Source: a virus. From it: a DNA stretch of 64,000 nucleotides. Position numbers and translations under genes: made by a program. The stretch is from positions 32,079 through 96,078 of IMG/VR virus record IMGVR_UViG_3300032242_001655; one strand, given 5' to 3'. Every line of letters starts with the position of its first letter. Position 1 is the first letter of the stretch. The notes beneath the pieces were generated by a model, which saw only the letters and a program-made list of their open reading frames with translations, did no database searches and had not been told where the DNA came from. Shown here piece after piece: positions 35,797 through 43,476 of this stretch.

Positions 35797-36516
35797 ATGA
35801 ATATTGGATATTTTGGTCATAGTACAGTAGGTGACGATACTAATGGAAAAGAAGGGTCATTTATTATCGATGTTGCTAAGTTTTTTAATGCACAAATTGT
35901 AAATGTAGGAACTGGTCAAGGTTCTGAAGAACGTATTTTATTTGATCTTAAAAAATGCAGACACATAGATGTTGCTGTGATATTTCACAGCAGACCTCAG
36001 AGTTTGTTTATTCCTAATTGTAAAATGGATTTTAATATTTCTGAGGATCCAGATCGCAAAGCAGAGATACTTTGGAGTCAGGAATTGATTTTACAAATGA
36101 CTCCTCCTGCGGAAAACGAAGATCAGATGTATACAGAAAAATATAAAGAAAGTCTTCAATACAGAAAGAACTTTTCGTCTGTGTTCAAAACTCCTCAGGA
36201 TTTTGCCACATGTCTAAAGAATTTTAAAAAATATCTTTATCATCAGGATCTGCAACAAAACAGGTTCGAAGGTGCACTAACATTGATAGATCAATACTGT
36301 GCGGCGAGAGTTCCTATTGTAGTCCATTCAATTGATAAAAAACGACTACCTGCCTGGTGGACTGGGTTTAAGTCTGGAGTACTAGGCGAGGAATTGAATG
36401 TAATTGAAAATCAATATAGACAAACTAGTCAACCAAATTGTCTAAACCCAGAAGGACATAAACGAATGGGTGCTGAGGTAATTAGACTTATTCTTGAACA
36501 GATGGAAAAAAGATAA
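35797..36516 (+). CDS. hypothetical protein (SGNH-like N-terminus)
   Basis: YFGHS...NVGTGQGS...LNPEGH. Confidence 0.6.
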   Translation: MNIGYFGHSTVGDDTNGKEGSFIIDVAKFFNAQIVNVGTGQGSEERILFDLKKCRHIDVAVIFHSRPQSLFIPNCKMDFNISEDPDRKAEILWSQELILQMTPPAENEDQMYTEKYKESLQYRKNFSSVFKTPQDFATCLKNFKKYLYHQDLQQNRFEGALTLIDQYCAARVPIVVHSIDKKRLPAWWTGFKSGVLGEELNVIENQYRQTSQPNCLNPEGHKRMGAEVIRLILEQMEKR

Positions 36517-36525
36517 CTAGTTGAT

Positions 36526-36614
36526 GCAGGTCGTGGCAGAGTGGTCAAATGCGCCCGGTCGTAAATCGGGTGACCTTTAAGGTCTACGGAGGTTCGAATC
36601 CCCCATCTGCTCCA
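36526..36614 (+). tRNA. degenerate class II tRNA, Tyr(GTA)-like
   Basis: Loop TCGTAAA (C33), long variable arm, irregular acceptor/T stems, CCA. Confidence 0.55.
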
Positions 36615-36619
36615 ATTTT

Positions 36620-36694
36620 CGGTCTTTGGTGAAATGGATATCATTCTTGTCTTCGAAACAAGAGGTGTGGGTTCGATTCCTGCAAGACCGGCCA
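36620..36694 (+). tRNA. tRNA-Arg(TCG)
   Basis: Cloverleaf, loop CTTCGAA, CCA. Confidence 0.9.
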
Positions 36695-36695
36695 A

Positions 36696-36998
36696 TTATA
36701 CAGTATAAGTTGTAGAAGTGGTAATAATATTGTTTTCTAAATTATATTGGTACCTCATAATTTGTTCAGGTTGAGATAATCTCCAATTTTTAAAATCATC
36801 TAAAGATGCTTGATCTTCAAAAATACGAGTTTCAATTGCTGTGTTTACATCAGGATTTTCAATATTCCATCCAATGGCTTTAGGCCCATTATAATTCTTA
36901 ATATTAGATATCATAGTTTGCACAACATCAGGGTGTACGTCTCTAAACCAAACAACATTCTCTGGTTTTCGAGAAATAGTTTTTTCAACAATCGCCAT
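36696..36998 (-). CDS. hypothetical protein
   Basis: GGAG RBS and TATAAATA upstream on the minus strand. Confidence 0.65.
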   Translation of the reverse strand: MAIVEKTISRKPENVVWFRDVHPDVVQTMISNIKNYNGPKAIGWNIENPDVNTAIETRIFEDQASLDDFKNWRLSQPEQIMRYQYNLENNIITTSTTYTV

Positions 36999-37040
36999 AC
37001 AGTTCTCCAAGTAATTAATTATTATTTATATACTTTTTTT

Positions 37041-37116
37041 GCCAATTTAGCAAATGTGGTCATTGCGGCGGACTGAAAATCCGTGGAACCTGGTTCGATC
37101 CCGGGAGTTGGCACCA
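37041..37116 (+). tRNA. tRNA-Phe(GAA)
   Basis: Cloverleaf, loop CTGAAAA, CCA. Confidence 0.92.
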
Positions 37117-37138
37117 TGTTGTATTTTTGCTACATGTA

Positions 37139-37167
37139 TTGACACAGGCAATAAATGCCTGTATAAT
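37139..37167 (+). promoter_or_regulatory. consensus sigma70 promoter with a palindromic spacer
   Basis: TTGACA-N17-TATAAT; ACAGGCA-ataaa-TGCCTGT. Confidence 0.85.
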
Positions 37168-37181
37168 TGATATTAAGTTAG

Positions 37182-37255
37182 CGCGGGATAGAGTAGTGGT
37201 TACTCATGGGTCTCATAAGCCCACCAGGTAGGTTCGATTCCTGCTCCCGCAACCA
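37182..37255 (+). tRNA. initiator tRNA-fMet(CAT)
   Basis: C1:A72 mismatch, loop CTCATAA, GGG/CCC in the anticodon stem, CCA. Confidence 0.85.
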
Positions 37256-37258
37256 ACT

Positions 37259-37334
37259 GTCCCGTTCGTCTAGAGGCCTAGGACATCACCCTTTCACGGT
37301 GAGTACACCAGTTCGAATCTGGTACGGGACGCCA
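37259..37334 (+). tRNA. tRNA-Glu(TTC)
   Basis: Cloverleaf, loop CTTTCAC, CCA. Confidence 0.93.
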
Positions 37335-37502
37335 TTAGTTGAGAGCATTCACGAGGTATTGTGTATGGACGCATACACTAGGCGGGCTGGTCGGGCCATC
37401 GATAAGTCCTAATATAACTCGGGCAATGGCTTATGAGAGGATCGCGCCCTCACTCAGAAATACGCTCAGCCTGTAAGGCTGTCGAGTGTTTTCAACTAAT
37501 GG
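37332..37502 (+). ncRNA. candidate structured RNA with a 19-bp closing stem
   Basis: CCATTAGTTGAGAGCATTC pairs GAGTGTTTTCAACTAATGG (with G.U); internal hairpins. Confidence 0.5.
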
Positions 37503-37517
37503 TAAGTAATGTATTAC

Positions 37518-37594
37518 GCCCCGGTGACGGAATTGGTATACGTGTTGGTCTTAGAAGCCAAATTTTAGGAGTTCGAGTCTCCTCTGGGGCACCA
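37518..37594 (+). tRNA. tRNA-Leu(TAG), short variable loop
   Basis: Leu-type D-loop, loop CTTAGAA, A73, CCA. Confidence 0.88.
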
Positions 37595-37595
37595 A

Positions 37596-37669
37596 GTCTC
37601 TTTAGTATAATGGCAGTACTGCGGTCTCCAAAACCGTTAGTGGGGGTTCGAGTCCCTCAGGGGACGCCA
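37596..37669 (+). tRNA. tRNA-Trp(CCA)
   Basis: Cloverleaf, loop CTCCAAA, G73, CCA. Confidence 0.92.
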
Positions 37670-37685
37670 ACAATGAAAGGTCGAT

Positions 37686-38150
37686 ATGCCAAAATGTTAT
37701 CAATTAGTCGGAGTTCCCGGCAGTGGAAAATCTACATGGGCTAATAGTCAAGAATGGTTTCTTGAATGTGACTGCATATCTACAGATAAGTTCGTGGACG
37801 CTTATGCTCATGATACTGGTAGAACTTACTCAGAAGTGTTTGACGAAATTATGCCAAAGGCTGTTGACTTGATGGCAAAAGAAGTTGTTGTTGCACAAAA
37901 AGCAGGACGAGATATAATTTGGGATCAAACATCGACTACAATTGCTAGCCGTAAAAAGAAGTTTAATATGTTGCCCGATTATGAACATATTGCTGTGGTA
38001 TTCAAAACACCAGATCATGAGGAACTAGTGCGTAGATTAAAAGGCCGAATAGGCAAAGTTATTCCTTGGGAAGTCATAGAAAGTATGATTAAGAATTTTG
38101 AAATGCCCACAGAACAAGAAGGGTTTAAGGAGATCTGGTTTACTGGTTGA
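37686..38150 (+). CDS. P-loop kinase (AAA_33, polynucleotide-kinase-like)
   Basis: GVPGSGKSTW, ISTD, IIWDQT and P...EGF. Confidence 0.85.
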   Translation: MPKCYQLVGVPGSGKSTWANSQEWFLECDCISTDKFVDAYAHDTGRTYSEVFDEIMPKAVDLMAKEVVVAQKAGRDIIWDQTSTTIASRKKKFNMLPDYEHIAVVFKTPDHEELVRRLKGRIGKVIPWEVIESMIKNFEMPTEQEGFKEIWFTG

Positions 38151-38201
38151 CAAAGTGGTAAATTTTTGTTATAATAGTATTTTAAATGAAAGGAGCGAAC
38201 T

Positions 38202-38804
38202 ATGCCAAGCGTATTTTTAGTAAGCGACACGCACTTTGGTCATGCTGGTGTATGTCACTTCACACACGAGAACACAGGAGTTAAAATCCGTCCATGGACT
38301 GATCCAGATGAAATGGATGAGGCTATGGTAAAATTGTGGAATGACCGTGTCAAGCCAACTGACAAAGTCTACCATTTAGGAGATGTTGTCATTAACCGTA
38401 AGGCATTAAAAATAATGTCAAGATTAAATGGTGACAAAGTGTTAATTCGTGGCAACCATGATATCTTCAAAGACGAGGACTACAGACAATACTTTCGTGA
38501 ATTACGTGCCTACCACGTTATGAACGGAATGATATTAAGTCATATTCCAGTTCATGCAGATAGTTTAGGTCGCTTTGGAGTTAACATTCACGGTCACTTA
38601 CACACTCGCCGTGTTAAAAAAGCAAGAGGCGTTGATGCTCGTACAGGAGAAGTCTTATACAGCGATGAGCCCGATGTTAGATATCACTGCGTATGTGTAG
38701 AGCAAACAGACTTTGCCCCAATTTTATTCGAAGACGTTATCCGTCGTATCGAAGCAGAAGGTGGTGTAGTTGGATTTCAAAAGGGAAACGGGCCTACAAT
38801 GTAG
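38202..38804 (+). CDS. calcineurin-like phosphoesterase (phage type)
   Basis: SDTHFGH, HLGD, GNHD, SHIP and HGHLH. Confidence 0.9.
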   Translation: MPSVFLVSDTHFGHAGVCHFTHENTGVKIRPWTDPDEMDEAMVKLWNDRVKPTDKVYHLGDVVINRKALKIMSRLNGDKVLIRGNHDIFKDEDYRQYFRELRAYHVMNGMILSHIPVHADSLGRFGVNIHGHLHTRRVKKARGVDARTGEVLYSDEPDVRYHCVCVEQTDFAPILFEDVIRRIEAEGGVVGFQKGNGPTM

Positions 38805-38816
38805 GCTCGTTTTTTT
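38786..38816 (+). terminator. intrinsic terminator overlapping the stop codon
   Basis: AAACGGGCCTAC-aat-GTAGGCTCGTTT with T tract. Confidence 0.7.
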
Positions 38817-39061
38817 AAGTAGGGAACTTAAAACGCAAAAAGTGTGCCGAAAGGGTTTTGGATGCAGGCCGGAAGCCAGTATCTGGATAGTGTTGTAAAC
38901 ACTCGCATCGGTTGAAGCAACGGGTCAACAGACTGGCTGTTGTGGAGTGATCCGTGAGCGTTCCATGTTTCCTGGACAAGAGAGAGCGGGGGCTGTTGTC
39001 TCCGGGCGGGCAAGGATATCACTTTCGTGGACCAAAACTCTCATAAGTTCCCTACTTAAAA
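38813..39061 (+). ncRNA. candidate GC-rich structured RNA bounded by a perfect 18-bp inverted repeat
   Basis: TTTTAAGTAGGGAACTTA ... TAAGTTCCCTACTTAAAA; several nested stems. Confidence 0.55.
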
Positions 39062-39682
39062 TGTATAGTTAATATCAAATTCGTAGCGTTCACGAGGTGA
39101 GGTTTGAGGATCAAGGTATCCGCATTTATCAAATGCCCATGCTCTTTCTTTGCAGTGCCAACATTCGTCACACACCTTATCATCCGGTGTTTCGCATGAA
39201 TATGCAATTTTCATTAGGTCAATAAGATCACAATCAATGGCTTCTTGTACTATATAGTCTTTGGTTAATTCTATCCATGGCTGAGCATATCTAGCCAATT
39301 TCATTGATTGCCGTCTTGGTCCTATTTCTATTTCTTTTGGATTTTTAGTATCGCCTAATACAAATACTTCTATATCATCATCGGAGGCTTCTCTCAATCC
39401 GCTTATTACCTGTAGGGTATGATGGACTTTATCTGTGCCTACTTTATTAATAGTATAACTGATTCCAAACTTGTCATTAATCCAATCCAATATATTCTGT
39501 GTACGAACTAGACTGTTGTTTGGACGATCCACTGTATATACTTTGAATTCATTGTTAGTTTTTAGTTCTTCTCTTAGAGCATGTACTAGATATATTAATA
39601 GGCCGCTATCTAAACCTCCGGAAACAAATAGTCCAATTTTCCTGTTATTTTGTAGTATTTTTTTGATTGGCTCTCTTATCAT
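39056..39682 (-). CDS. QueC-like PP-loop ATPase
   Basis: VSGGLDS and C-terminal SCE.....CDECWHCKER zinc motif. Confidence 0.75.
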   Translation of the reverse strand: MIREPIKKILQNNRKIGLFVSGGLDSGLLIYLVHALREELKTNNEFKVYTVDRPNNSLVRTQNILDWINDKFGISYTINKVGTDKVHHTLQVISGLREASDDDIEVFVLGDTKNPKEIEIGPRRQSMKLARYAQPWIELTKDYIVQEAIDCDLIDLMKIAYSCETPDDKVCDECWHCKERAWAFDKCGYLDPQTSPRERYEFDINYTF

Positions 39683-39702
39683 AAAAATATTTAACCTTCT
39701 AG

Positions 39703-39731
39703 TTGACAGCACTGGTTTTTTCATGTATAAT
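39703..39731 (+). promoter_or_regulatory. consensus sigma70 promoter (probably leaderless transcript)
   Basis: TTGACA-N17-TATAAT; ATG 6 nt downstream. Confidence 0.75.
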
Positions 39732-39737
39732 AAAAAC

Positions 39738-39980
39738 ATGAAGAAATTAGTTGCTGTCATTTTTTTTGGACTGTTGGTCGGATGTTCCACTGTAACCAAT
39801 CAGCGGATACTGACTCCTTACGAAGTTAGTACCATACCAACCGATTGTCTTAATCAACGACAAATTATAAACTATTTAGAAAGCCAGGTGAAATTTGCAA
39901 ATGAAAACAACATCAAAGAAAACTTGGGAGTTGTCAAGTATAAACTTTGGGAAATTCGTACTTTGTGTAATGGCGGCTAG
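39738..39980 (+). CDS. lipoprotein
   Basis: MKKLVAVIFFGLLVGC lipobox. Confidence 0.7.
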   Translation: MKKLVAVIFFGLLVGCSTVTNQRILTPYEVSTIPTDCLNQRQIINYLESQVKFANENNIKENLGVVKYKLWEIRTLCNGG

Positions 39981-40248
39981 TCTTATTGGATGTGCTACTC
40001 AACAGAAAACTAGACCTGATACTATGGCAATACTCGAAATTAAACCGGATTGTCGTATTGCTGAGCAACAATTAGAATGGCTAAGAGGAATGATCCCTAC
40101 GGTTCAAGAACATCAAGATGCTGAAATGCAGATGATATTTGCAAACACAACTACATTTGAAGCAAATAGAAAAATAAGAGAATACACCTACGATCGTATT
40201 ATTAAAACCAAAATCAATGATATATATTACGTATGCGCAAAACAATAA
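39895..40248 (+). CDS. lipoprotein
   Basis: LIGC lipobox; start uncertain. Confidence 0.6.
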   Translation: MQMKTTSKKTWELSSINFGKFVLCVMAASLIGCATQQKTRPDTMAILEIKPDCRIAEQQLEWLRGMIPTVQEHQDAEMQMIFANTTTFEANRKIREYTYDRIIKTKINDIYYVCAKQ

Positions 40249-40802
40249 CAGCCTTAACTATTTTTGGAATCTTTGGGTTGGTGCAAGCACAAGACTGCCA
40301 ACTTCAACAGACTATTCGTTCGACAACTGAAGGTGTAGTCACCGAGGTACGCAACATTTCAACTGATGTTGTTCCCTGGGGCAATGGAGGAACCAAGTGT
40401 ATGGTAAATCTAGATGGCTTAGTCAATGGTGTTTGGCGTAAATCGTTTGGAGAATATACTTGGTATGACCAACGACCAGCCAAAGAAATGTGTTTAATTG
40501 CAGTTGGATTGGCAAAAAAGAACTTGCTTCAATCGGTAAATTCAAGTACAATTAATACTAATAGTGTCGTTATCTGCCGTGACAACTCTAAACCTAAAGT
40601 TAATAATACAGCAATAGGAATGGTTGTTGAGGATATAACACAACTAAGACCTCATCCAGTATTTCAAAAGACTTTTAGGTACAAGGATGAGCAGTGCAGA
40701 TGGTTTGTTGAAGCAGGTTGGACAGGTAATGACTTTCAGAAACTGAATGGCATTGCATGTTTGACTAGCAGTAGGCAATGGGTAGTAGTTGATAAATTTT
40801 AA
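40233..40802 (+). CDS. secreted Cys-containing protein
   Basis: Signal peptide ...VQA; several Cys. Confidence 0.7.
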   Translation: MRKTITALTIFGIFGLVQAQDCQLQQTIRSTTEGVVTEVRNISTDVVPWGNGGTKCMVNLDGLVNGVWRKSFGEYTWYDQRPAKEMCLIAVGLAKKNLLQSVNSSTINTNSVVICRDNSKPKVNNTAIGMVVEDITQLRPHPVFQKTFRYKDEQCRWFVEAGWTGNDFQKLNGIACLTSSRQWVVVDKF

Positions 40803-40820
40803 CACACAGAGAGGATAGTT

Positions 40821-40949
40821 ATGAGATCGTTTATTTTAGGCACAATCTTTGGATTGATCTTAGCAACCGTGGGATTTAGCGGTATTGCTCGTATGCTTGA
40901 CAAAGGTATTAACACAGTTAAAACTCAATCAGAGGAGATGGCAAAATGA
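40821..40949 (+). CDS. small membrane protein (42 aa)
   Basis: GAGGA RBS; one TM helix. Confidence 0.55.
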   Translation: MRSFILGTIFGLILATVGFSGIARMLDKGINTVKTQSEEMAK

Positions 40950-41689
40950 AATTTACCACACTAGCAATGACACTATCGGCTGTAGGTTTGGCCGCTTGTC
41001 AAACTGCACCAACAAAAGTTGCCGAACCTGTAATTCACGAACGTGTTGTTGAAAAGATTGTTTACAAAGAACCTACCAGCATTGTTATGTCTAATGTGCC
41101 AGATTGGATGAGCAAGTTGCCTAAAGAAACTGGACATATGTTTGCATCCGGTACTGCTCGTAGCCAAGACTATAGTATGGCAGTTGAAAAGGCTAAAACT
41201 GTTGCTCAAAGTAAGTTAGCAGAACTGTTAGGTGTCAAGGTAGACAAGCAGACTAAGATTTACCAATCGGATAAGAATGGTGCTTATTACGAAAACTCAA
41301 GTACCGCAATCCGCAAGAGTGTAGAAGAAGTTACCATGGTTGGTGCTGAAGTTGTTGAAACCAAGGTTATCATGGAAGCACCCAATGTATATCGAGCATT
41401 CATCTTAATGACTATTAAAGGTGAGGAACAAAAACAAGTGCAGGCACCTACTCAACCTACGGAGGATGATGAAGAAAAAAGTGCATTTGATCAATTAGGT
41501 AAAAAGAAAGTATCTGCTATTAAAACAGAACCTACTTCTAAAGTTGCCAGTGTAGTTGTTCAGCCCGCTTCTGAAATTGACCAAACCAAAATGGTTGTAA
41601 ATACTATTTCAGATGCGGGTGTTAAGGCTCGAGTTGCAGAGACAATGAAAGATCCTAATGCTGTTGTAATTAATACAACCATTCGATAA
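40946..41689 (+). CDS. lipoprotein (LPP20-like)
   Basis: LAAC lipobox; VPDW...FASGTARS.D..MA..KA...A...LA. Confidence 0.7.
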   Translation: MKFTTLAMTLSAVGLAACQTAPTKVAEPVIHERVVEKIVYKEPTSIVMSNVPDWMSKLPKETGHMFASGTARSQDYSMAVEKAKTVAQSKLAELLGVKVDKQTKIYQSDKNGAYYENSSTAIRKSVEEVTMVGAEVVETKVIMEAPNVYRAFILMTIKGEEQKQVQAPTQPTEDDEEKSAFDQLGKKKVSAIKTEPTSKVASVVVQPASEIDQTKMVVNTISDAGVKARVAETMKDPNAVVINTTIR

Positions 41690-41694
41690 TAACT

Positions 41695-41769
41695 CTGGCC
41701 ATAGTTCAACGGATAGAACAATCGCCTTCTAAGCAATCAATCCAGGTTCGATTCCTGGTGGCTGGACCA
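41695..41769 (+). tRNA. tRNA-Arg(TCT)
   Basis: Cloverleaf, loop CTTCTAA, CCA. Confidence 0.9.
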
Positions 41770-41786
41770 AACATTTAAATACTTCT

Positions 41787-42281
41787 ATGCGAATAGGAAT
41801 AATAGGACATAGAGGATTATTGGGGAGTGCCATTTCGGCAGAATTCTCTGAGGGTAATGAAGTAATTGGGATGAGTCGTAATACAGGATACGATCTTCAA
41901 ACCAATTACAATGATATTATAGATGTGTGTAAGGAATGTGACTTGGTATTCAATAACGCACATTCTTCTACACTACAGGCCAGTGTTATTAGAGACTTAT
42001 CAAACACCAAAATTAAATTAGTAACTTCCGGCAGTATAGCGGCTAACTATGGGTTTTCTGATTACTGTAAACAAAAGAAAATAATAGAAGAAACTTATCA
42101 CTTATATATTAGAAGATACCCAGAAAGATGTTTGCTATTAAAAATGGGTTACCTTGAAGGATTAGAGCCTGGTAAGGCCAGAAACTTTAAAACTATTCCA
42201 TTAACAACTATAACTTCAAGCATTAGACATTGGTTAGCCAATCCAAGAATAACAAAAATGGAATTTGAAAATGTTCTTTGA
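41787..42281 (+). CDS. short NAD(P)-binding Rossmann-fold (SDR-like) protein
   Basis: IIGHRGLLG, FNNA, GS and YCKQK (YxxxK). Confidence 0.75.
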   Translation: MRIGIIGHRGLLGSAISAEFSEGNEVIGMSRNTGYDLQTNYNDIIDVCKECDLVFNNAHSSTLQASVIRDLSNTKIKLVTSGSIAANYGFSDYCKQKKIIEETYHLYIRRYPERCLLLKMGYLEGLEPGKARNFKTIPLTTITSSIRHWLANPRITKMEFENVL

Positions 42282-43476
42282 CAACGACCAAGAAATAACC
42301 AAGCACGGATACTATCAGGTTAATGGTATAAAAACTTTTAGTAAATTCGAAGCATTTAAATTTGCTGGCGGCGATAAGGATAAAATTAAATTTATCTATA
42401 ACGAAGATGTAATGGATCAGCAAGATTGGACCAAAGAACCAGATGAAGATATATACGAATTGTACGCCGAACGTGCTCGACAACTAAGACACAAATATGA
42501 CTATCTTGTGTTATTATATAGCGGTGGTATAGATAGTCACACCGTATTGGAATCTTTTTTAAATAATAGAATTCACTTAGACGAAATATGCACTTTTACA
42601 AATGCTGAGGTAGAATCTAAAACAGGAAAGTTTAATCAGGAAGTATTTAATGCCGCAGTTCCTTTTGTTAATACATTGAATCTTAGTGAACTTAAAACTA
42701 AGTTTAGATTATTTGATATCAGTGATTTGATTATTAATCAATATCAAGATGAGTTTCATTTTGAAAATCATCACTTGTATAATCAAGGTCCTGGTAATAG
42801 TTGGAGTAGTGCAGTACGTTCTCATGTATTAAAATCTAAGATTCAAGATCATTTAAGATTAACAGAGCAAGGTAAAAGTGTTTGTTATATTTGGGGATTC
42901 GATAAGCCTACACTAACCTTTGAAAATAATCAATATTTTATTAGATTTGCCGATAATTCAATTGATCTAAATATGCGTCAATATATTAATAGAAAAACAC
43001 TAATAAGTAAGTTTGCTAATTTTTACGACGAGCCATTTTATATCTGTCGAGAATTTCCTAAGATATCGATCAAACAGGGACATTTACTTTTTAATTTAAT
43101 CAAAACTATAAAAATAATCGATCCTATATTAAAATCTCAAAATGAGATTCCTACTACAGGGCCATTTGTTGTTCATCATCGAGCAGAATATTTTAGATTT
43201 TTACCCAAGAAAGTAGTCGACAGAACTATATATCCAAAAGCAAATCTATTACAATTTGGTGATGATAAAACTAAAGGAAGCATTATACTTACTCCCAAAG
43301 ATGATTGGTTTAACAGATCTAACCATAATAATCAACATCGATGGTTTCAAAATTTAGAAAACCTAATAAAACAAAATCAAGGACTTTATAAATTTAAAAA
43401 CAACAAGGTAATAGGAATAAATTATATCCTCAGCAAACCATACTACATAGGTGAATTTGATGTATTTAAAAATTAA
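42271..43476 (+). CDS. adenine nucleotide alpha-hydrolase (PP-loop) protein, paralog A1
   Basis: LLYSGGIDSHT. Confidence 0.75.
   Translation: MFFDNDQEITKHGYYQVNGIKTFSKFEAFKFAGGDKDKIKFIYNEDVMDQQDWTKEPDEDIYELYAERARQLRHKYDYLVLLYSGGIDSHTVLESFLNNRIHLDEICTFTNAEVESKTGKFNQEVFNAAVPFVNTLNLSELKTKFRLFDISDLIINQYQDEFHFENHHLYNQGPGNSWSSAVRSHVLKSKIQDHLRLTEQGKSVCYIWGFDKPTLTFENNQYFIRFADNSIDLNMRQYINRKTLISKFANFYDEPFYICREFPKISIKQGHLLFNLIKTIKIIDPILKSQNEIPTTGPFVVHHRAEYFRFLPKKVVDRTIYPKANLLQFGDDKTKGSIILTPKDDWFNRSNHNNQHRWFQNLENLIKQNQGLYKFKNNKVIGINYILSKPYYIGEFDVFKN

Noticed and set aside
32617-37744. Short ORF-track calls over tRNAs (32617, 32663, 33891, 33987, 34030, 34233, 35536, 36429, 37206, 37433)
   Set aside because: These are typical tRNA shadow translations with no RBS or protein motifs.
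38861-38884. SRP RNA-like CAGG..GGAA motif
   Set aside because: It lacks the AGCAG partner strand and SRP helix geometry.
39056-39682. Bona fide queC and 7-deazaguanine DNA modification pathway
   Set aside because: Only the PP-loop and Cys motif are seen, with no folE, queD, queE or dpdA in the window, so it is left as QueC-like.
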